A DNA stretch of 64,000 bases from Daphnia carinata. Taxonomy: Eukaryota. The stretch is from the NCBI RefSeq assembly GCF_022539665.2, contig NC_081333.1, positions 5,704,001 through 5,768,000 on the forward strand. The letters are read 5' to 3'. Below the pieces are notes generated by a model. That model saw only the letters and a list, made by a program, of their open reading frames with translations. It had not been told where the DNA came from and did no database searches. Below are positions 32,143 to 42,800 of the stretch, in pieces. Each line of letters opens with the position of its first letter. The first letter of the stretch is position 1. The translations under genes were made by a program, and so were the position numbers.

Positions 32143-33566
32143 AATGCCGCTTGATCATATTGTATCAGAGACTACTCGTAAGGAGAATACTTTGTATCCG
32201 AACATTGCTGACGAACTATCTCCACCGTTGTACCCCGTATTTCCCGAGCCAGACACAACCAACCAAAATCCCAACTACCCTCGAGAAAAATTTTTAGACC
32301 ACTGGAAAACTCTTGTGGACTTAGAATTTGAACAAGAAGTAGAACAAAACAAAACCTATCAGACTACCACCACAAAAGCAAAAATCCAACAAATAGAATC
32401 CAAAAAACAAGAAGTTATTAAAGAGACCCACAACGCATTACAATTATATTCATATACGTTGTTAGAACCATCGTTGTAAGTACCAAGTGGTATAACAGCA
32501 GAAACTATTACAAACACCACAAAGACAGTCAAAAATTACGTAGAATCCCTTGGTGGCAACACCGAAAACCTTGAAAGTTTATTACAGCAAATTAGCATTG
32601 TACATGGTAAAGAGAAAGAATTCTTATTAGGTACCAGCCGTATTTTACAAAGAGAAGTAGTACTTGCGCAGATTACAGAGAAAAAATGTTCGTCTGAACT
32701 CAATTTTGAGTTACAGAGCTTAAGAAAGCAGCTAGAGAGCAACAAGAAAAAGGCAAAGAGTTCCAAATACACCTTAAGTAGCTCCCTTGAACAACTCCAA
32801 GAAAGTAACGAAACACTAAAAAACTCCCTTGAAAAAACTGCCAATCGAATAAGCGAATTAGAAACAAGCCTTGAAAGTGCCACAGCAACAGAAAACCAAC
32901 TACAAAACCTGTTACGAAAAAAGAAGCCAATATCATAGCAGTTGAGAGAGAAGGGCAAGAAATAATTAGCAAACTTGAAAGTGAAAGAAAACAACTGGTT
33001 ACGAAGTTAGAAACCGCCGAGCAACAGATAAAAGCAGCTTTAGAAACAAACAAACAACTTCAGACAGAAACAAAAGAAACAAAAGAGATCCTTGAAAAAA
33101 CCTTAACAGAAAAAGTCGCCTTACCAAGAAGTCTGATAGATATTACTACAAAGAATAAAAATCTTGAAACAGAATTACAAAAAATCAACGCGCAGACAAT
33201 AAACCAAGAAGAAAAGATTAAGTATCTGGAAAACAGGATAAGAGAATATAGAAAGCAACAGGTAACATTCGCTGAAACCGAAGACTTAGACAACTCCAAC
33301 GAACCAGGAGAGATAACGAAATTAGTAAGTGAGATAAACGACCTAACCTCAATAACAGAAGGAGACAAATCCCTTAACTTCGAGTTAGAATCTGAACAAG
33401 TTGAAAAACTACAGCAACTCAACAACGACCTACAGAACCAAATCGAGATCCAAAACGACAACCTTCTTCAACTAGAGCGAAAGTACCAAACTCTCAAAAA
33501 CAAAATCGAAATGGGACTTTCACACAAAGAAGCTTCAAGAATTGACCGCGACGCAACAGATACCGA
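32143..33566 (+). pseudogene. gag: gag, N-terminal part (long coiled-coil region), disrupted
   Basis: E/K/Q/L-rich heptad-like frame from ATG 32143. It has an in-frame TAA at 32477-32479 and a 1-nt frameshift in the A-run near 32916-32922. The frame reads ...RDATDT up to the transposon insertion. Confidence 0.75.
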
Positions 33567-34204
33567 GATTGGCGGTGAAATAGGACTGAAACCAAATAGG
33601 ACTGGAGAAATAGGACTGAAAATTTTCAGTCCTATTTCTACCGGAGAAATAGGACTGGGAGAAATAGGACTGACTTTTAAATACTTTTAGGACAGTCCTA
33701 TTTCTCCACGCCATCGGTCCTATTTCTCCTTGGCCTCAGTCCTATTTCTCCTTAGAAATAGTCCTATTTCTTTTATTTTGTTCCAATAGGAACGATATGC
33801 CTCCAATCCGGTAGGCAACATATTGCGTCAGAGCGTCGGCTTATATCCATTTCCCTTTGCAAAAAACCGATGGTGTTAACGCGTTACTTAAATGGTTCAC
33901 CAAACATTTATCTCTTATCATATTTTAATTATAATCGCTGGTGCACATGGAATATGTTGTATTTAATACAGTTCATTGAATAAAATACAATTAAAACTAA
34001 AACAGAATTGTTTATTAATTTTGTCTCAATTTATTAGGGTAATTAACTTTCCCAGTTGCACTCATGTTGTACTTTCTAATACTACTATCAAATAAGATAA
34101 TATAGCAAGTCATAACCAAATCGGTACCGCTCTAAGCTGCGACTCGAGTTGTCCTGAGTTCGATTCCATGTTGTGGCATATGGTCAGGGGTTTTTGATAA
34201 TATT
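33567..34204 (+). repeat. Left TIR: near-identical outer 364 bp with gaaataggact subrepeats, then a diverged inner part
   Basis: 33567-33930 is the reverse complement of 39094-39457 with few mismatches. It contains multiple (g)aaataggact motifs in both orientations. Weaker homology continues to ~34204. Confidence 0.9.
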
Positions 34205-34554
34205 TACGGTTAAGTTAAATATGAAAAGTGAAAGAATGTTAACGAATCTTCAACTGTATGAAAGCAAGTTCCTCACCAAGAGCAAGAAGAACTGTTGAGA
34301 TAAAAGAGATTGGATGAGAGAGGAGCTGGTAGAAGATGGTAGAAGGTGGTAGAAGATGGTAGATGGGGGAAAAAAAAATTTAACATTTTAACTATTCCTC
34401 AACTTCTTTACCAAGAGGAGGATTCTACCACGGAAGTGGATGACCCATAATGACATAGCATTACTCATCAAGTAATGTATTTCGCCAATGGCTTAAGTTG
34501 ATATTTGTAATGCCATTGAAATAAAACTAATTAAAATTTATTGGTGTTAAGGCC

Positions 34555-34845
34555 GAGGAAGTTGAAGATGATAGCCGCCGGCGAATAGAAAGAAGAGATT
34601 TCCAGAAGTAGAAGATTAACGGCTTAAGCAGCTTAAGACTTATGAGTGCTTAAGACGAGGAGGTTGATGATGGTTGCCGTCGGCGAAAAGAAAGAAGAGA
34701 TTTGCAGAAGTAGAAGATCAACGGCTTAAGCAGCTTAAGACTTATGGATGATTAAGACGAGGAGGTTGATGATGGTTGCCGTCGGCGAAAAGAAAGAAGA
34801 GACTTGAAGAAGTAGAAGATCAACGGCTTAAGCAGCTTAAGACTT
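34555..34845 (+). repeat. 102-bp tandem repeat, ~3 copies, upstream of the transposase
   Basis: The unit gaggaggttgatgatggttgccgtcggcgaaaagaaagaagag...ggcttaagcagcttaagac starts at 34555, 34657 and 34759. Confidence 0.9.
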
Positions 34846-35017
34846 AGTATTTCACCACAATTAATGCAACAGCAAGAAGTGCTTCCTTCCTATTTGCCGA
34901 GAGGTTTGGTTCCGCCCCTTTTCCGTTCCTCATGTCTGACAGACTATATATGGATACAATAAGGCCATACAACTTCAATAGTTCGTCTTAGACTTCGCTC
35001 TAGCACTTACCATTATC

Positions 35018-37864
35018 ATGTCTTCAGCTCTCATTCAATGTTCGGGATGCAAATCCAGTATTCTTGGCCGGAAGCAATTCTGCGTTTGCCTTAGCTGCCA
35101 TGTTCCTGTCCATCGTCTTTGTTGTGGTGTTACCTTCCGTAAGGGTGTTGCGCCTTCATGGAAGGAATTCAGCAACTTTTATCGGTGCGCCATGTGTTCT
35201 AGTGGTAGTGTAGTTCAAGGTTCCAACGTAGATGTAGCGGATGTTGATGGTGCAGTATCTGGGGGATCCAATGGCGATGTAGCTGTTGTTGCTGTTGCTG
35301 GTTCCGAAGGAGGTCGTCCAAAAAGATTGCTAAAGCCCAGGAGCATTTTCGATCCTTCACACGAAGTCAAGAAAAAGCCTCTAGTTCCAGTTTCTCCACG
35401 TCGTCCATCATCACCACGTCAGCGCTCAACTCCTCGCACATCTCCTCAGACTCATTCTGCCCATCGTCCAGCAGCTCCGTCCTCTCCACCCTCCCCACAT
35501 TCTCCGTTGACAATGTCACCCTTGGTGAGTCTTGTTGTGTCTCCTGTTCTTTTAATGTTGTCTCCTCTTCTTAGGTCAACTCCTCCAGTTCCACCACCAC
35601 GAAGAAAACGCATGGCCCAACTTCAGCCTCAATCGACCAGCAACATCCTACCAGACCTGTCTCCAGAAGCTGCAATCCCGAGAAGATCATACGAAAGCGA
35701 TGGAAGAAGAGAAGAATCATTTGCCGAACCCAACGAATCGACAATGGAGGTATATATTTCTGTTTTATCGCAACTTGTCTTAGTATTTCATTAACTAAAC
35801 GTTTTTGGTAGCAATCATCGTATGAGGAACCGACGGAACCATCCTACAAGATTCATGAGGAGGGAACGAACAAGGGACTCCATAAGCTTACTGATGGATT
35901 AGGTAATAATTAAAATAAAAGTGCTTATTGAATCAGACTGAAGGTTACCTTTCTTATTACAGGATTTTGCTTCAGCAAAAAAGCCATCAGTAAGAGCACA
36001 TATACATGGCGCTGTACCTCCCGACCTTCTGCAAACCCATGTAAAGCTATCGTGAAACAAAAGAAAACCCCCTTTTGGACTGCTTGGTGAATTACAATAA
36101 CGCTGACTTCACCCTTGTTCCCCACGATCAAGAAAACACCCACAATCACCCACCAGACATTGGAAACCAGAGAAGGGTAAGTTGTTTTAGAAAAAAATAT
36201 ATTTGAGTTTCTATATGTGTAAGTTGGATTTTTTTGCTTTATAGGTTGACATCTTTAGAGAGTCGAAGAAAGCCTGCGTTGATCAACAGTTTACGGACCC
36301 CAGGGAGATCTTGTTTGCCGAATTAAAGAAACGCAAGTCCATAGAAGGAAGACACATGCCGGATGTTGATTTGGCCACACGTCGTTTACGGTATATTAGA
36401 TAAATGAATTATATCAGGATTAGGGTTAATGATTAACGTTTCTATTCCAGGTACAAAAGAGCGAAGGTTATGCCCGCCAACCCCAGGAAAGATGACCCTT
36501 TCTTTCCTGTGGTGGAGAATTTTTTCCCACCAAACTGGTATCAGGGCGCCATCTTCGCTGGAACGGCCCAAGACCGTGCCCGGCACCTTTTATTTTTCAC
36601 CCCTACTATGAAGCGGCAGCTGGAAGACTGCAAGACATGGTTCATGGACGCAACTTTCTATTTTGTTGATGAACCCATCAAACAGGTGCTTTTAATTATC
36701 TTAATAATGTAATCAAAGTTAACTATAACCTATTTATTTCTATATAGCTCTTCACGATCAATGGGTTTATCAAGAACGACAAGAACGAAATAAAACAAGT
36801 TCCCCTACTGTTCTGTTGCATGACCAGGAGAAGAGCAGCTGACTATAGCGCTGTCTTCGAGAAGATAAAGGTATAGCTACTATATCGTCTACAAATAGTT
36901 TATCATGTAAAAATAATAAATGTTATATTGTTATAGGAAATTATCCCCCTTCCTAGAGTCCAGCGGATCGTGACCGATTTCGAACGCGCTATATTTACAG
37001 CTGTTCGCAGGCACTTTGTGGATATTCAGCATTTTGGCTGCAATTTCCATTGGTGCCAAGCCGTTCTGAAAAAGGTCCGGGATCTTCACCTTGCCGCCCA
37101 ATATAACAACAAGGGACCGAATCCAGTGCGAGACTTTGTTTTTCGCCTGCTATGCCTTGCATATCTCCCTGGTAATTATCACAAAAATGTAAAATTTAAT
37201 GGTCGTAAAAAACATTTACTAACTTACATTTTTTTCATAGCTGGTAAAATTCCTGGCGTGTTTGACGCGTTGAAGAGCTCAGCACCTAGAGAACTTCCAG
37301 CACTGATGGAGTATATGGAGCGGAATTGGATTCGGGGCAAGTTCTGGACTCCAGAGAACTGGTCATGCTTCAACACATTAACGCGTACCAATAACGACTG
37401 TGAAGGAATGCACCACCAATGGAACAAGGTAATTTACATTTGAACATAAACATGTAATGGATAATTTTGAACCAAATCGTTTGTAGTTGGCAGGCGGATC
37501 TAATTTAAAATTCTACAAGATGACAATGGTATTGCGGAAACTGGCCGAAGAAGTTTCCCTTACCAGCACGCTACTCTGCCATGATAAAATAAGGGCTCAC
37601 CGCAAGAAGGAGACCCAACTGAAGAATTCCGTACTGTTCCAGCTTTGGGCGCGTTACCAAGATAATGAGGTATGTTATCTAAACATGCAAAAAATAAAAG
37701 CTTACCTATAACTGATCATTTTTTCCCAGCTGTCTACAATGGATCTTCTAGAAGAAATAGTTTTAGAACTTCGTTCATCTTTTCCCTCTACTGTTTCATC
37801 ACATGCCCTAAATGTTGCTGTTAATAGTACTAATGATGAACTGGATATGACATTAACTGAATAA
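35018..37864 (+). CDS. Multi-exon MULE transposase with N-terminal PHD-like finger and FLYWCH domain (at least one apparent frameshift)
   Basis: C4HC3 pattern (CSGC..CLSC..H..C..CAMC). FLYWCH-like GFCFSK..YTWRC..C..HNH. MULE core WFMDATF / VPLLFCCM / TDFERAI / GCNFHWCQA / RTNNDCEGMH. About 11 short GT-AG introns, stop TAA 37862-37864, AATAAA near 37937. A 1-nt frameshift lies in the homopolymers at ~36065-36075. Confidence 0.88.
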
Positions 37865-38556
37865 CGTTTGTTTGTTTGTACATGTATTTTATTTGACGAT
37901 TGTTTACATACTTTATAATAATTGACATGCTTTATAAATAAACTTTAATAATCTAAATTGACTTTTTTACTTTAATATAACATGTAATGTAATACATTTT
38001 GCTTGAATTATTAGGAGAAAACTTCTTGTACAACCGACGACTAATGTGCCTTTTGATGGTGGTTGGTTAGTGGCCACAATTCTCGAGAAGGTGATGGACC
38101 TAAAAAAAAATAAAATTGCAATAATTATACCAATATACTGCATATAACTATAAATGAATTTACCTAGCATGTTTAAATCCATTCGTCATCCAAAAATTCG
38201 TTGATCAGCTCCCTACGAAAAAATAAAAATAAAGTTAATGAAAAAGATAAAAAAAAAACTTAAGAAAAAAAAAAAAACGTTAAACCGGCCTGAGGAAACT
38301 GTAAAAAAAATTACCAGGCATAACCTATAAAGAAGAAAAAGAAGAAAAAAAATTATTAGTAAAACATAAGCAAGGTATAAGTAAGATATCTATCGAAATG
38401 TACTTACTGTTTGCGACTCTGAACTGCTGAACTGCTGCGACTGAACTGCTGCGACTTAGAAACAACCCGCAGCTGGACAGGAACTGGGCAGGAACTGGGC
38501 AGGCCGCTGGACACGAACAACAGGCAGGGAAAGCAGCCATATCCACAAACTCCATC

Positions 38557-38672
38557 CACAGCACATTCACAACACATTCACAAAACATTCACAGCACATT
38601 CACAGCACATTCACAGCACATTCGCAGCACATTCACAGCACATTCACACATTCACAGCACATTCACAGCACC
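38557..38672. repeat. 11-bp minisatellite (cagcacattca)n, ~10 copies
   Basis: Directly visible tandem copies with a few variants. Confidence 0.9.
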
Positions 38673-38819
38673 CAACACCTTCTAGAGCTAAATACTGACT
38701 GGCTGTAATGCTGAAACCGCATGTGGAAATTGGGAAGTCAGGAATACCATTATTTTCCATTTCAGTAGTATTACCCTAAACACCAGTAATTGTTTTCTTC
38801 CCAAAAATTGTTTCATAGA

Positions 38820-39457
38820 ATAATTATTAAAAACCTCAGATGATATGAAACCAGGGAGAATCGAACACAGGACTACCCGTGTCACAGCTTAGAGCACTAC
38901 CGATATGGTAAGACTTAGTTGGTAAGTTGGTGCTGCTAGTTGCAAGAGCAAGTACAAAATGAATGCAACTGGAAAACATTTTATGCACTAAAAAGTAAGA
39001 AAAATGTAATAAATATTTCTGGTGTAGCCGTTGTAGTATTTTACTAAATGAACTATATTAGACATAGTATGTTTCAGGGTACTCTGCAATTTAAATTAAA
39101 ATATGATAAGAGATAAATGTTTGGTGAACCATTTAAGTAACGCGTTAACACCATCGGTTTTTTGCAAAGGGAAATGGATATAAGCCGACGCTCTGACGCA
39201 ATATGTTGCCTACCGGATTGGAGGCATATCGTTCCTATAGGAACAAAATAAAATAAATAGGACTATTTCTAAGGAGAAATAGGACTGGTGGCAAGGAGAA
39301 ATAGGACTGCTGGCATGGAGAAATAGGACTGTCCTAAAAGTTTTAAAAAGACAGTCCTATTTCTCCCAGTCCTATTTCTCCGGTAGAAATAGGACTGGAA
39401 ATTTTCAGTCCTATTTCTCCAGTCCTATTTCGTTTCAGTCCTATTTCACCGGCTACC
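38820..39457 (-). repeat. Right TIR of the MULE
   Basis: Reverse complement of the left TIR. Near-identical over 39094-39457 and diverged over ~38820-39093. Confidence 0.9.
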
Positions 39458-39465
39458 GATACCGA

Positions 39466-40774
39466 TAGCCTCGATACATCCACAACCCAACCAATTGTAA
39501 AAGCATTAGGAGAATTATTTTCCAGAGAAGACAAAAAGTCAATTCCAATCTTCAAAGGGAAAAGTACTGATAAACTAATAACAGAATGGCTGAAGGACGC
39601 CGAACATGTCGCACGCAACAACGACTGGGACGACAACCAAAAAATACGATTCTTCTCTGACAGACTAAAAGGCGATGCCTTAGAATGGCATGGAAACTAC
39701 GTGGAAGAGCAAGGTGACGAATTAAGTTATGACGAATGGAAAACTGCCATTATTGCAAGATTCCAGGATGCATACGACTTAGCAGCACAAAGAAAAAAGT
39801 TATCCACGCTAAAACAAAAACCTGAAGAGAAATGCAAAGCCTTTATTTCAAGAATCAACAGTCTCTACGAGTCCATTGAAGGCAAAGAAGAAAAATCTGA
39901 CCAAAACCAGACAATAGTTGAAGGTCGACTCATAAACACAGTCAAAAGAATGAGAGATTATACCAAAATCAAAATTCTGATGCAAGGCATTTTACCAAAA
40001 TTCAGAGCAGAGCTCTATTTTCGAATGCCCGAAGACCCTGAAGATTTTGATCAGCTTTGTAAACAACTAATCATATCCAAAGGTATCCTATATAGCAAGG
40101 AAACTGCAGAAGACAAGGAAATAAATGCGGTGATAGCAGGGATAACGCATCACGAGAAACAACAAGACAACGAACTTTCACAACAAAAGACAGAAATTGA
40201 ATTCTTAAAACAAAAAATTCAGGAACTGGAAAAAACTAATAAAAATCGTAACTTGGCACAGGATACTGATATAACCATAGCAGCAGCAGATCGATACGAA
40301 CCAAGATCCTCACGATCAAGTGATCGGTACTCCAGATCACAAAATCCGCGAGTTCGATTCGACGACAGATCAAATAGCAGAGGCCCCAGTAGTGACCGAA
40401 ATTTTGGCCGTAGCAGGGAGAACAGCCCATACCGCAACAATTATACTTCACCACGAAGACAAGGTACTTCCCCAGGGTATCGACAACCCAATTACCCTTC
40501 ATATCAACAAACACAGAGACCTTCATACAACAACGGACCGACCCATTACAATCAACCACACTTTCAACCGAGCAACAATCAACAAGCGTATCACCAAAAC
40601 CCAGGTTATCCACGACAATACCCGCAGCAACGACAAAACCAGCCGAACACCCACGACACTCTTGGAAATAAGATTATTATCTGTTACAAGTGCAATAAAA
40701 AAGGACACATTGCACGAGAATGTTGGACAGATATGGCACGTATCAACATCCCGAACCACCGTCCAATGCAGTAA
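39466..40774 (+). pseudogene. gag: gag, C-terminal part (capsid-like region and CCHC zinc knuckle)
   Basis: Open frame resuming after the TSD: IPIFKGK..WLKDAEHVA..W..KIRFFSDRLKGDALEW, ending with CYKCNKKGHIAREC. Confidence 0.88.
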
Positions 40775-42700
40775 ACACAATATCCCTACCAACCAACCCT
40801 TTAACACAAAATTTAGAAATAGCGATACCCAAACTAATCCGTATACCAGTAAGAATTTTTGGACAAGAAATTAACGCTTTAGTAGACACAGGAGCAGCAG
40901 CCAGTTTAGTATCAGATAAAGTATTTTTTAAGAAGAGGGAAAAACTCGAAGAAATTAAAAATACCCCTCGCCGATATTTAGGACAGTATCAGGAGAAATC
41001 TTAAGCTCAAAAGGAAAATTTAGATTTTCAATTGTCATTAACAGCAGTCACGTCATTAAGCATGATTTCTTTATCATGGAAAACTTAAATGAAAATTGTA
41101 TCTTAGGATTAGACTTCTTATCAAGCAACAATGTAAAAATTAATACCAAAAACAGGCAGATCAATTACGATCATTCCGGAGTAGAACATAACTTTAGAAA
41201 TAACATACTCCCAATATACAGCATAACATTTGGCAAAGTCGGCATTCATATTCCACTCCGCCCAAACCGTTCATCAGACTATAACGACAACCACGATTTA
41301 ACAGAAGCAGATTATCGCAACCTAGAATCTTTCTCCCAATCAGAAACTGACAAGAAAAATAAGCGAATTGGACAAACCCAAGAAAGTACAGCGACTAACA
41401 TTTCCGACGAGATTCAAATTAAAATTGGAAATCTATTGAAAAAACACGAAACCCTATTTGCTGAAAGAGAATCAGATTTAGGTCTAGCAACTGATGTAAA
41501 ACACTCCATTAACATAGGATACAACGCCCCAATTACACAACGATTGCGCAGAACACCAGAAGCATTAAAACTAATTGTCAAGACAAAAATAGATGTAATG
41601 ATGAGTAACAATATCATTAGAGAAAGTCACAGCCCATTTGCAGCAGCAATTGTAATGGTCCCCAAAAAAGATGGAGAAATGCGTATGTGTATTGACTATA
41701 GGGCACTTAACAAAATAACGGTAAAAGACAAATACCCATTACCAAGAATCGACGACACCATTGATGCATTGAGCGGATCGGTTTACTTCTCAACATTGGA
41801 CTTAGTGAGTGGCTACTGGCAGATCGAGATAGAAGAAAGCGACAAACACAAAACCGCCTTCATCTGTGAACTTGGACAATACGAATTTAATAAAATGCCA
41901 TTTGGACTAACAAATGCACCAAGCACTTTTCAACGAGCAATGAACAACATATTGAAATCAGTATTGTTCAGGTTCGCATTGGTTTACCTGGATGACATCA
42001 TAGTGTTCAGTAATAATATTGCTGAACATGTGATACATCTAGAAGCAGTGTTTAAACTTCTTAAAGACGCAGGACTAAAATTAAAAAGAAAGAAATGCGA
42101 ATTTTTCAAAGAAGAATTAGACTATTTAGGATATATTGTTTCGAAAAAAGGAATAACACCGAGTACAAAAAAGTTAGAAGCAATCATCAAATACCCAGCT
42201 CCCAAAAACGTGAAAGAATTGAGCTCATTTCTAGGTTTGGCTAGCTATTACAGAAAGTTCATCAGGGCTTTTGCTGATAAAGCCCACCCACTGACAGCGC
42301 TAACGAGAAAATCAGCCGAGTGGAAATGGGGAGAGGAACAAAGGGACGCCTTTGATTGTATCAAGAACTGTCTCATAACTAGACCTATCCTAGGGTATCC
42401 AGATTTCACGCGCGAATTTCTCATCTACACAGATGCCTCAGGATACGGTATAGGAGCAGTCTTGGCTCAGATGCAAACTCTACCTCAATCAGCGGATTCA
42501 GCGGAGTCCGACGTACAGGAACCCCGTGAATCAGACGGCGCGGAAGTCGTCATAGCGTATAGCTCTAAACATCTGAACGACCGCGAAGCCAAGTGGTCAA
42601 CCACAGAGAAAGAGGCTTACGCCATCATCCACGCAATTGACGTATTTAGAACGTATCTATACGGACGCAGATTCACCGTATTTACAGACCATAGACCTTT
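40720..42700 (+). CDS. pol: pol of element 1 (protease, RT, RNase H), partial; 1-nt frameshift near 40958-40968
   Basis: ALVDTGA protease; RMCIDYRALN, MPFGL and YLDD for RT; YTDASG..TDHRP for RNase H. The protease frame (40720-41004) joins the 41076 frame through a homopolymer indel. Confidence 0.92.
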
Positions 42701-42800
42701 NNNNNNNNNNNNNNNNNNNNNNNNNNNNNNNNNNNNNNNNNNNNNNNNNNNNNNNNNNNNNNNNNNNNNNNNNNNNNNNNNNNNNNNNNNNNNNNNNNNN
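42701..42800. other. Assembly gap (100 N, true size unknown)
   Basis: Run of exactly 100 N. Confidence 1.

Larger units (their letters stand above)
33567..39457 (+). mobile_element. Mutator-superfamily (Phantom/foldback-type MULE) DNA transposon nested in gag
   Basis: 8-bp TSD gataccga at 33559-33566 and 39458-39465, G...C termini, long TIRs and an internal MULE transposase. Removing the element plus one TSD restores the gag frame (...ATDTDSLDTST...). Confidence 0.95.
31800..42700 (+). mobile_element. Ty3/Gypsy LTR retrotransposon 1 (5' LTR, PBS, gag, PR-RT-RH); truncated by the assembly gap and carrying a nested DNA transposon
   Basis: Starts TGTAAC immediately after satellite 'cactat'. 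Has a PBS, a CCHC gag, DTGA protease, YLDD RT and RNase H in Gypsy order. Integrase and 3' LTR are not seen before the gap. Confidence 0.95.

Noticed and set aside
32536..33461. Minus-strand hydrophobic ORFs
   Set aside because: Antisense shadows of the A-rich coiled-coil gag.
40690..40774. -1 slippery site for gag-pol of element 1
   Set aside because: The protease frame is -1 relative to gag, but no in-phase canonical heptamer was found in the overlap. The mechanism is unresolved.
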